Shown here piece by piece: positions 1-8,918 of a DNA stretch of 34,635 bases (the stretch's first letter is position 1; every line of letters starts with the position of its first letter). Where the stretch lies: the IMG/VR virus record IMGVR_UViG_3300025849_000108, positions 1 through 34,635 of that record; one strand, written 5' to 3'. A model generated the notes under the pieces. It did no database searches, was not told where the DNA came from, and worked only from the letters and a program-made list of their open reading frames with translations. The DNA comes from a virus (lineage: Duplodnaviria > Caudoviricetes). The translations under genes were made by a program, and so were the position numbers.

Positions 1-1
1 T

Positions 2-1405
2 GGAAGATGCGGTAATCGTACATATAACTTTCTAACAGATAAAGCACATAGTGCCATACGCTCATTAACATCGCCTTCTACATATGTGGTAAATGATGTA
101 GAACTATTTGAAGGGCGTATTATTAATGAGACAGTCAATATCACAGACACAGTACTATCTAACCCTAATATAGATACACGAAGTCTTACTCTGAAAGTAA
201 ATGGAGAAGAGTATATCTATAAGACTGATGTGTTTGGTGTTAAGTCTACTGATAAGGTATTCTATCTACAGCCCGAGAATGATGAAAAGTACTCTATACA
301 ATTCGGAAAGGATAAGTTTGGTGTACAGCCAGTAATCACTGATTCTATTGTAGCGACATATAGAAACACCGCCGGCGCTTCCGCTAATGGTGTAACTGCT
401 CTAACATTGGGCGCTTTTGCTGGCGCTTCAAGCATCAATGTGGTTGTACAATCGCAAACTTCGGGCGGAACAGATAGTGAAAGTATCGAATCGATTCGGT
501 CTTTTGCTCCTAAGGCACTTCAAGTACAAGAGAGAGCAATTACGACACGAGACTATGAGACTCTGCTTCGTGCTAGATTCCCGAACATTCAAGCGATTAG
601 TGTATATGGTGGTGATGAAGTTTCACCCCCACAGTTTGGTAAGGTCATTATATCTGTTGACGTAGTGGGTGGTGAGGGTGTTGCTGACTATGAGATTGCT
701 AACTTTAAACGCTATCTACGAGATAAGACTCCACTTACTATTGAGCCTGTGTTTGTTGTTGCTAAGTTTCTATTTGTGGATACAAACGTACATATTGTAT
801 ATGATGCTAATCTTACAAGTAAGTCTGCAAGTCAACTCCAGAGTGAAGTCCAGGCCGCAATTGTAAGTTATCAGAATACTAATCTAAATGGCTTTAATAA
901 GACCTATCGTCAGTCAAATCTAGCATCTACGATTGATGCACTTGATGTATCAGTTGTGTCTACTGACATTGTAGCAAAACCAATCATTGAGTATCTACCA
1001 GAGTTGAATGCACCTCGTTCGCCTGTCTTCTCATATGATACACAACTAGTCAAGCCATATCCATTTGATTCGGAAGCAGGCTTTACTAACTTTAAGCCTG
1101 CGGTATCATCTACCAAGTTCACTGTTGATAATACACTTGTGTCAGCAAAGGATGATGGTAATGGTAATATCATGCTTGTGATTAGTGGTGCTGATAGTGA
1201 GAGTGTATTCAAGCCGGCTGTTGGTACAGTTGACTATATAACAGGTACTGTAAGATTAAGTGATGTGACTATATCATCGTTTGAGGGTTCTGCGATTAAG
1301 TTTACTGCTGACTCTGTAAGTAAAGATATTACGCCGTCTAAGGATAGAATTATTGTCATTCGTGGAGATGATATAACTGTTAATGTAACACCATTGGAAT
1401 CATAA
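2..1405 (+). CDS. gp6: T4 gp6-like baseplate wedge subunit (5'-truncated by the window edge)
   Basis: The frame is open from position 2 (GRCGNRTYNFLTDK...), so the GTG at 86 is probably internal. gp6/BaseplateJ-type motifs: YSIQFGKDKFG, GGTDSESIESIRSFAP, QERAITTRDYETLL, VYGGDEVSPPQFGKVIISV, GTVDYITGTVRL. Confidence 0.9.
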   Translation, partial: GRCGNRTYNFLTDKAHSAIRSLTSPSTYVVNDVELFEGRIINETVNITDTVLSNPNIDTRSLTLKVNGEEYIYKTDVFGVKSTDKVFYLQPENDEKYSIQFGKDKFGVQPVITDSIVATYRNTAGASANGVTALTLGAFAGASSINVVVQSQTSGGTDSESIESIRSFAPKALQVQERAITTRDYETLLRARFPNIQAISVYGGDEVSPPQFGKVIISVDVVGGEGVADYEIANFKRYLRDKTPLTIEPVFVVAKFLFVDTNVHIVYDANLTSKSASQLQSEVQAAIVSYQNTNLNGFNKTYRQSNLASTIDALDVSVVSTDIVAKPIIEYLPELNAPRSPVFSYDTQLVKPYPFDSEAGFTNFKPAVSSTKFTVDNTLVSAKDDGNGNIMLVISGADSESVFKPAVGTVDYITGTVRLSDVTISSFEGSAIKFTADSVSKDITPSKDRIIVIRGDDITVNVTPLES

Positions 1406-1408
1406 ACT

Positions 1409-4400
1409 ATGCCAATTGAGGTAAGAGACAATATCTATTCTGACATTGCGAATCAGTTTCCAAATGTCTACAAAGAGAATAGTGAATTTTTATTAGCTTT
1501 CGTTGAGGCCTACTATTCGCATCTCGATGAAAAGTTAGATCGTGATATTCCAAAACTTAAAGATATTGATACTACTCTATCTACGTTTCTCATCTTCTAT
1601 AAAAGAAAGTATCTGTCTGAATTACCTTTTTCTGATGATGTTGACATACGATTTATTCTAAAACATATTCAAGACTTATATACAAGAAAGGGTAGTGAAG
1701 AGTCATTGCAACTACTCTTTAAGATGTTCTTTAATGAAGACATTGAAATTATGTATCCCAGCAAGAATATATTCAAGCCATCTGACTCTCTATGGGGCGG
1801 TGAAATATTCCTTGAGATGAAGCCAATATATAACGTAGATGGCTATCCAATACAACGTGGTAATACAATTCGTGGTGATCTGTCGAATGCAAGTGCATTT
1901 GTAGATGATATCGTATTCGTGAATCTAGCAGGTGCTATAACTCCTATTGTATATCTCTCAAATCTAAGGGGTACATATACTAGAGCAGATGCACTTGAAG
2001 TTCTTACTGCCACTAGCGATGGAATTGAAACAATCACAAACGTGGGTAAACTCATTCAGGGTTCTATCTCAGATGTTGCTGTTATCAATCGTCTACGTCT
2101 TCCAAGTAACAAAGTAGGCGACACAGTAGATATCGTTTCTACGAAAGTGGGACAGGGCGCAAAGGGTGTTGTAACAAAAATAAACTCTGATCAGATTGGT
2201 AGTATTGATTATCAGATTGTTGATGGTGGTTGGGGTTATATTGATCCATCATCTGTTACAATAGAATACTTTAATGATATTGGTATAAGTAACCGAGTCA
2301 TTATTGTTGATCAAAACACAACACTTAATGTTACACCTGGCGATACAGTTATATTTCCTGGCTCCACAATTGATTACGATGGTAGAAGCGACAGTTCGAT
2401 TGCATACAGTTTGACTGGAGCCGCAAGAGTTGTTGCTTATCGTCATCCATTGCTGTTTATTGAAACACGATCTGATCTGCAAGAAATGTATGACTTCATG
2501 TCTCAGTATTATAACACAGGTACTCTTGACTCAAACAATGAATCAATATACAGAAATGTTTTGTTTGATCATTTCTATAATGGATATTATCAAGCATTAA
2601 CAGATGCAGGTACTGGTGGTACTTCAGGGAAACGACAGTTCAATGTTGATCCCGCTTACGACAATATTCTTACATACATCTATTATAAACCAGATGATAC
2701 AAGTGATTCCATTGTTGGTAACTTTACTGGTAATCAACAGAATGGTGATTTAACAACTATAGATAGTAAGATTCAACTTCAAGATTTCTTGTTATTCTTT
2801 AGATTTCAACAAGCGGTCAATAATGGCATCAATGACTCTGAGTTGTTTAGTGGTGTAACTGACTTTGATACAATCATTAGTACAGCCGGTGACATTACAC
2901 AGATTGGTGTTTCTAATGTTGATGCGATTGCTGTAGATACTCCAGATAGAATACCAACAATAGCGTCTGTTCAGCCTGGTCCTGGCTTCGACGGTGTTTC
3001 TAGTGATTTCATAAGAACTTTAGAGCAGTTAGATAATGGGCAAATGTACACAATTGTTAACTCAGGTACTGTACTAACAGAAGCAGATTGGTTGAAGATA
3101 GGTGCTACAAAAAGCACAGTTGGTCACGACTTTCAGTTCACGAGTGCTAATCTAGCCTCACTTACAGTAACTGACTTAACTGGTCATGATGCTATCTTTA
3201 GTACCTCAAAGCAAATCATGGCGAGATTGTATCAGTACTTGACGTATAACACAGTTGAGAAAGCTGATGGTAGTATAGATCAATTGTTACCTGCTTTGAG
3301 TATTGGCGAAACTTTTGAATTACCACCAAACATTCCAGAAACAGTTTCAGAAGCATACCCAGCAACTGGCGGTGACGGCAATCCAATAGCTATTGGGCAA
3401 CCACATCCAAATGCAGGGCAACCAGATTGGAAGTGGTATGATGCATACTTTGTTCCGGCTAATCAGTTGATTGCGGGGCGAGAGTATATGCCGTTCACAT
3501 TTGGTGATCTGACATATGCTGAATGGAAGTCTGTTGGTCTTGATCTTGACGGATCTCATTTTGAGTTGGTTGCGAGAAGTAGTAATAGTAGCACACTTAA
3601 ACCAAGAAGAACATATATCATTAAAGACTTGGGTGACACTGGCTCTGGTGATTGGAATTTGATGGGAGCATCAACCTCTCCGGCTGTTGGAGAAAAGTTC
3701 CAAGCAAGCGCAGTACAACCATCTTTTCCGGCTACAACTATTACCTTCATTGATGCTTCTATTAGTGGTGCTAATATATCATCGACTGCTCATGGATTTA
3801 GAGATCAAGACAAAGTAGTATTCACTCAAGGTACTGGCGCACTTACACTTGCGGCCGGTGGAACACTAGCAAATGCTTCTGTGCTATACGTTAAAGTTAT
3901 TGATGCTGATATAATTAATGTGTACACTTCTAACACACTTGATGGAACAGCACTTGTTACATTTGGAAGTAATAGTGGCGCAACTGGTCACGCTCTTACT
4001 AAGCAGTTAGGTACTCCTAAAGTTATTGATGTTCGTAAAGCATTCGATACTGGTGCTGTCTTTACAGCGACAACTCCTCAACCAACTGGTATAACCGCAA
4101 CTGCTCTTTGTGTTGATAAGAAGAAAGTAGGTGTTGGTTCTGGTAATGAAACTCCAATTACTTTTGGTGGGCAGACTGTTCAAGTAGAACTTGGTTTCTT
4201 CAATACCGGTGGTATCATGACAGACCCACTTAAAGACGGTAGTAACAAAAGAGTAGATAAGATACCAGATGCTATTGCGAATGAAAGTAATATTAAGTTT
4301 ATGGGTTTGATCAATGGCGACTTTAATCAACCTGTTCATTGTACACACATTGGTTCATTTAACGATACAACTTCATTTGAAGTATCGGCTATTGACGAAG

Positions 4401-5917
4401 AAGAAACAGTAACACTTGTTCCAGATATTATCGGTGATGTAGTTCTAGATAGAATGTTCAGAAATGAATATACATTAGTACAAACTGCTTTTGATGATAA
4501 TGCTGAAACGATAACACTGACTAATGATATCGATCATGGATTTGGTACGAATGCAGAGGTTGTCTTTACTCAAGAAAGTGGCGCAGGTAGTATATCCGGT
4601 CTTACTTCTGGTACGACATATAGAGTAATCAGAGTAGATGAGAATAAGATACAGCTAAAAGCCACTCCCGCAGGTACAGCGATTAACTTAACTGTTAATG
4701 GTTCAGGTGTGTATAAGATAACAGATAATGCCGTCGCAGGAGACAGTTTTAAAGATGGTCTATTCACATTAAGTGGAGCCGGAGTAGAATCATTATCTAC
4801 AGAATATCGTGATGCGTTCTCTAGAATAACATTTACGCTTGGTAGGATTTCTGAACTTCGTGAAGATAATCCAGGTACAGAATACGAAAATGATGTTGGG
4901 GTTAGAGTCGTAAATGATGTAGTTTCTAGATTCAACAAGAAAGATTTAGTTGTTAGATTTGACGATGCTGATTTTAATCTTCGTAAAGACGAAGTAATCA
5001 CACAAGAAATTGTGCTTGATGCAAATCTAATAGATCAGGTTAATGGATTGACTGAAGCTAATATTGCCGCTATGCCTTCTAGCTATGACACAACTATATT
5101 TTCGTTAACAGATGTCACTGATGGAAGTGTTGTGTCGGTCAATATACCATATGGTAATAGCGATACTACTTTTGAAGTTATCACAGAAAAGTATACATCA
5201 AAAGCTAAGTTCACAAAAAGAGTTGATGAAGACTTTTATTTCAGACCAATTACTTTCTATACATTTGATAAAAATCTTCCAATCAGTATTAGAGCAAAAA
5301 ATAGAAATATAACTGACATCGGGCGAGATGATAGTTCGTTACCAATGGGCGCTAATGCAATTATCGCTGGGCCCGCTAATTATGACTCTGGACAGATTGA
5401 TGAACTTGAGGTTACACACACTGGATATAAGTTCGATGACACTGAAGTGGTAAACATTGTGAACACTAATCCAGATAGCGCAAGATATAATCAGGTTGTC
5501 TGTACGGCTGATGTGAGAACACTGGGTCAGGGTAACACTTCTGGTAAGTGGAAAACTCGAAACTCTTTTGTTGGAGAAGAATCAACTCGCATTCATGACA
5601 ATGACTACTATCAAGAATATTCATATGATATATCATCAATGATTGATCCAGTAATCTATACGCCTCTTGTTAAAAATGTTGTTGGTGTTGCGGGCACTAA
5701 AATGTTCAGTACACCATTGATAAATAGTGATAATGCTGTGCAGTCTAATGTGGATGTGGAGATACAACGATTCACTATTACGTTAGAAGACATGATAGCA
5801 CAGGGTACTGGTGATGCTAATAATGCATCTCTTAATCTTAATGATCCACAACAAGTCATTCAGACAGAAGGTGGAGAAGATTATAAAGTTGTTACTGTTA
5901 CGGAGTCTGATGACTAA
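1409..5917 (+). CDS. gp7: gp7-like baseplate wedge protein with large internal insertions
   Basis: N-terminal IANQFP...FVEAYY...IQDLYTRKGSEESLQLLFKMFFNEDIEIMYP..IFKPSDSLW and C-terminal RIHDNDYYQEYSYDI...VGVAGTKMFS match T4-like gp7 termini. Located between gp6 and gp8. Confidence 0.8.
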   Translation: MPIEVRDNIYSDIANQFPNVYKENSEFLLAFVEAYYSHLDEKLDRDIPKLKDIDTTLSTFLIFYKRKYLSELPFSDDVDIRFILKHIQDLYTRKGSEESLQLLFKMFFNEDIEIMYPSKNIFKPSDSLWGGEIFLEMKPIYNVDGYPIQRGNTIRGDLSNASAFVDDIVFVNLAGAITPIVYLSNLRGTYTRADALEVLTATSDGIETITNVGKLIQGSISDVAVINRLRLPSNKVGDTVDIVSTKVGQGAKGVVTKINSDQIGSIDYQIVDGGWGYIDPSSVTIEYFNDIGISNRVIIVDQNTTLNVTPGDTVIFPGSTIDYDGRSDSSIAYSLTGAARVVAYRHPLLFIETRSDLQEMYDFMSQYYNTGTLDSNNESIYRNVLFDHFYNGYYQALTDAGTGGTSGKRQFNVDPAYDNILTYIYYKPDDTSDSIVGNFTGNQQNGDLTTIDSKIQLQDFLLFFRFQQAVNNGINDSELFSGVTDFDTIISTAGDITQIGVSNVDAIAVDTPDRIPTIASVQPGPGFDGVSSDFIRTLEQLDNGQMYTIVNSGTVLTEADWLKIGATKSTVGHDFQFTSANLASLTVTDLTGHDAIFSTSKQIMARLYQYLTYNTVEKADGSIDQLLPALSIGETFELPPNIPETVSEAYPATGGDGNPIAIGQPHPNAGQPDWKWYDAYFVPANQLIAGREYMPFTFGDLTYAEWKSVGLDLDGSHFELVARSSNSSTLKPRRTYIIKDLGDTGSGDWNLMGASTSPAVGEKFQASAVQPSFPATTITFIDASISGANISSTAHGFRDQDKVVFTQGTGALTLAAGGTLANASVLYVKVIDADIINVYTSNTLDGTALVTFGSNSGATGHALTKQLGTPKVIDVRKAFDTGAVFTATTPQPTGITATALCVDKKKVGVGSGNETPITFGGQTVQVELGFFNTGGIMTDPLKDGSNKRVDKIPDAIANESNIKFMGLINGDFNQPVHCTHIGSFNDTTSFEVSAIDEEETVTLVPDIIGDVVLDRMFRNEYTLVQTAFDDNAETITLTNDIDHGFGTNAEVVFTQESGAGSISGLTSGTTYRVIRVDENKIQLKATPAGTAINLTVNGSGVYKITDNAVAGDSFKDGLFTLSGAGVESLSTEYRDAFSRITFTLGRISELREDNPGTEYENDVGVRVVNDVVSRFNKKDLVVRFDDADFNLRKDEVITQEIVLDANLIDQVNGLTEANIAAMPSSYDTTIFSLTDVTDGSVVSVNIPYGNSDTTFEVITEKYTSKAKFTKRVDEDFYFRPITFYTFDKNLPISIRAKNRNITDIGRDDSSLPMGANAIIAGPANYDSGQIDELEVTHTGYKFDDTEVVNIVNTNPDSARYNQVVCTADVRTLGQGNTSGKWKTRNSFVGEESTRIHDNDYYQEYSYDISSMIDPVIYTPLVKNVVGVAGTKMFSTPLINSDNAVQSNVDVEIQRFTITLEDMIAQGTGDANNASLNLNDPQQVIQTEGGEDYKVVTVTESDD
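5719..5726 (+). promoter_or_regulatory. possible T4-type late promoter (GATAAATA)
   Basis: NATAAATA about 190 bp upstream of the YHYH-family start, in the 3' end of gp7. Confidence 0.3.
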
Positions 5918-6885
5918 TGGCTATATTAAAAATTACAAGTGATGGCGATCCATTTCCGGCTAAAGCTGGCGCCGCCCAAGTTGATGACGCTAGATTTGGT
6001 GTCGTGGCGGGTCAGCCTATAAATACTGGTGGAACTAGAATTTTTGCAGATGCAAGAACGGGCTTTAATGCAATAGTAGATCAGCAACCTAATAAAGTAT
6101 ATAACATAACATATAGAGCAGGTGATAGAGATACATATTCTCAATCCAGTCAAGTGGTTGCAGAAAACACGCCAATAGGTGTAGCTGTAAATGGAGCAGT
6201 AATTTATACAGCAGGCTCAAAGACGCATCAGACTGATGGTACAAACTCTGGTGCTAGTTTAACATATAATTTGGGTAACTCGACTTACAACACTACGCTC
6301 GATCAGTGCGGTGGTCGCCCAGAAATAAATGGTGAATATAGATATCGAAATGGATCGTTTATCTATAAGGGGTTTAGCAATCCAACAAACCCAAATATGC
6401 TTTTTGTAAATTCAAGCACATACTATAGCGGAACTAAAGTAGGTTCTGATTACTTAAAGCATGAGTCTATAACTCATGATGCTGTTGTTTTTGGTGAAGG
6501 ACATTCTAAAATAGTTGGTTGGGCTCTTGATGGGTTTCCAATCTACGGTCCTTTTGGATATCAAAATCCATTAGACCCAACTTCGAATGTTGTTCAGATG
6601 CTTAGTACATGGGGATTGAAAGGTCCTAGTGACCCCATATTTTCGAACCCAGCAAGGATTTCTAACACACCAGGCATCTACATCGAAGACTATGAAATTA
6701 AGCCGCAGACAGGAACGCTTGATGCATTTAATGGAAGATATTGCGTAACACCAGATTTTAAAAATGGAACGTATGCTTACTTCTTAACTTTTGAAGAAGC
6801 AGGTGAAGGGGATGCGGTTCCAACAGTACCTGCATATCCATATGTTATTGGCACAAATAGTAAACAACCTCGTTCTTATGAATAA
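5917..6885 (+). CDS. YHYH-family protein with a variant YRYR motif
   Basis: PIGVAVNGAVIY, LDQCGGRP..GEYRYR, GHSKIVGWALDGFPIYGPFGY, YIEDYE, LDAFNGRYCVTPDFKNGTYAYFLT and YPYVIG are YHYH-domain hallmarks. TAATG stop/start overlap with gp7. Confidence 0.8.
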   Translation: MAILKITSDGDPFPAKAGAAQVDDARFGVVAGQPINTGGTRIFADARTGFNAIVDQQPNKVYNITYRAGDRDTYSQSSQVVAENTPIGVAVNGAVIYTAGSKTHQTDGTNSGASLTYNLGNSTYNTTLDQCGGRPEINGEYRYRNGSFIYKGFSNPTNPNMLFVNSSTYYSGTKVGSDYLKHESITHDAVVFGEGHSKIVGWALDGFPIYGPFGYQNPLDPTSNVVQMLSTWGLKGPSDPIFSNPARISNTPGIYIEDYEIKPQTGTLDAFNGRYCVTPDFKNGTYAYFLTFEEAGEGDAVPTVPAYPYVIGTNSKQPRSYE

Positions 6886-6903
6886 CGTATTCGGAAAAAG
6901 ATA

Positions 6904-8901
6904 ATGACAAAAATTATTACAGAAAATTTTAAAACAGAAACAACTCATAGTTTGTTTGATTCGCTTGCTAGTGATAACTATTATGTTATGGCTTCAACGT
7001 CTCTCAATTCCACAGAGTTTGCTAAAGAATCGACCATAACAAACACGCAGTTTGATAAAAGAGATTTTCAGAAAAAAGTTATATTTGCCAATAGAGTAAC
7101 TCAAGAAAATGCCAGATATATGTTTTTTGAAAAGCCTTGGTTGCGAGGAACTGTGTATGACGAATACGATGATACCAGAGACGTTGAACAACTGAATATG
7201 TACGTTACAGTACAAGAAGATCAGAGCGAAGACTTCATGGTCTTGAAGTGCTTGAATAATAACAACGGAACTGCTTCTGATGAAGTCCCTGGTTCTGTTG
7301 ATGCTAAAAATTATAGAATGGTAACTACACAAGATGGATATGTCTGGCAATATATGTTCACAGTTAAAGGAGCAGATGCTCAACTTTATAGAACTGCGAA
7401 CAGTCTTCCTCTACCACTGTTTACAGAAAACGGCGGCGGTTATGGTGACGCCGATGTTGTAGCAAATGCAAAAGAAGATATATCTAGAATTGAGATCACA
7501 TCAACTCCTGTTGGACAATTTAACCAGTACTTATTCGGTCCTGCTACATCACAAGCGGATTCGTCTAGCGTACAAACGATTCAATCAAAAGAAACCGCTA
7601 CATCTGGTGTTAGAGAGATTACTGTAAGCACAACAGCATTAACTGGAAGAAGTTTGTATATTCAGCCAGACGCATATAGAAATATGTACTTGAGACATAA
7701 TACCTCTGGTAAACTCTATGATATTATTGCATCCGAAACAATTCAAAACAATCTAAAGTTAACTGTAAGAACAGGTGACACGGCTGATTCATTTACTCCC
7801 GATGCAAATGGCGCAATTCAGTGTCAGTTAGTCATTAAGGTACTTGTTAGTAATAGTACACTTGGATTTAATACAAGTGTGTCGCCAAAGCAATCTTTTG
7901 CTTGTAAGGCATATGGAGTTCTTGATCAAAACGGAACACTGAAAAATATTGCTTTTGAGAGAAGAGGTGAAAAATATAAAACCGCAATAGCACAGATTGT
8001 ATATCCACCATTATTGAAAAATTCTATTCTAGCTAGTGGTCAGCAAACTATTCTTAGGGCAGTTGTTTCACCAAAAGGTGGTCATGGCTCTGATCCTATT
8101 TCGGAACTTGCGATGAGTAGACTGTCGGTCGTTACAAACTTTAGTGGACAAAATACAGAGACACCAAATGAAAACACATACACAGTGGTTGGTTTGATTA
8201 AAAACCCAACAATTTCTGATGCTACTGGTGCTTCTACTATTCCAACTGACAACCAATCAAATCACATAATCGATAATAGACTTAACATACTTGTTCAAGG
8301 TAATGCAACAGCCAAAGTATCTGCTGACAATTATATTGAACAGTACATAAAAACAATTGACATAAGACTTGCAGTTCAAGGCGTAAGTTATACAATAGTT
8401 GATAGTGGAAATATGACTGATACTGATTTTACAAATATTGGTTCGACTAACTCGAACATTGGTACGGTGTTTACTACTAACTCCAATATAGCGACTCTTG
8501 ATGGAAGTAAAGTTGCTCAGGTTGCCTATGTTGTAGACAGGGTAGACGTAAACGATCCAAATTATGATTATAACACAGAAGTGATATCTGCCAGAGTTCA
8601 TCAGGTTCATAGTCATGTAAATAACGTACATCTAACAACGACACCTGCAAACACTGACGGTAATACAAAAATTTCATTAGTTGACTACTATGGAAACTTT
8701 CAGCATAAGTTCCAGAAAGGTATTTTTTACATTAAAGAAAAAGAGTCGTCAACGATCAGTATAAATAATGAAACAGCACATACAATTAATTACGGTGAGT
8801 ACGAAGTATATAGCGGTGATCTTTTACACTTCATAGATTTTGCTCCTATCACCAGACAAGCAGAAAAAACAGAAAAGATAAAGTTCACGTTTGATTTTTA
8901 A
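6904..8901 (+). CDS. gp8: T4 gp8-like baseplate wedge subunit
   Basis: MTKIITENFK, WLRGTVYDEYDD, VLKCLNNNNG, DGYVWQYMFTV, VSPKGGHGSDPISEL, VGLIKNP and the C-terminal YSGDLLHFIDFAPITR..EKIKFTFDF. Confidence 0.85.
   Translation: MTKIITENFKTETTHSLFDSLASDNYYVMASTSLNSTEFAKESTITNTQFDKRDFQKKVIFANRVTQENARYMFFEKPWLRGTVYDEYDDTRDVEQLNMYVTVQEDQSEDFMVLKCLNNNNGTASDEVPGSVDAKNYRMVTTQDGYVWQYMFTVKGADAQLYRTANSLPLPLFTENGGGYGDADVVANAKEDISRIEITSTPVGQFNQYLFGPATSQADSSSVQTIQSKETATSGVREITVSTTALTGRSLYIQPDAYRNMYLRHNTSGKLYDIIASETIQNNLKLTVRTGDTADSFTPDANGAIQCQLVIKVLVSNSTLGFNTSVSPKQSFACKAYGVLDQNGTLKNIAFERRGEKYKTAIAQIVYPPLLKNSILASGQQTILRAVVSPKGGHGSDPISELAMSRLSVVTNFSGQNTETPNENTYTVVGLIKNPTISDATGASTIPTDNQSNHIIDNRLNILVQGNATAKVSADNYIEQYIKTIDIRLAVQGVSYTIVDSGNMTDTDFTNIGSTNSNIGTVFTTNSNIATLDGSKVAQVAYVVDRVDVNDPNYDYNTEVISARVHQVHSHVNNVHLTTTPANTDGNTKISLVDYYGNFQHKFQKGIFYIKEKESSTISINNETAHTINYGEYEVYSGDLLHFIDFAPITRQAEKTEKIKFTFDF
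8760..8767 (+). promoter_or_regulatory. T4-type late promoter TATAAATA
   Basis: Exact gp55 consensus about 150 bp upstream of the VrlC-like start, in the 3' end of gp8. Confidence 0.5.
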
Positions 8902-8918
8902 GGGAAAGAGAATAACAA

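Noticed and set aside
86-88. GTG start for gp6
   Set aside because: The frame is open to the window edge and gp6 proteins are typically longer, so the true start is probably upstream.
3020-4723. In-frame insertions as inteins or introns
   Set aside because: No intein-type C/S start with HN-C/S/T end, no LAGLIDADG or HNH motifs, and no interruption of the reading frame.
6018-6025. TATAAATA inside the YHYH-family gene (another at 19193-19200)
   Set aside because: Both are over 800 bp from the next start codon, and chance matches are expected in AT-rich DNA.
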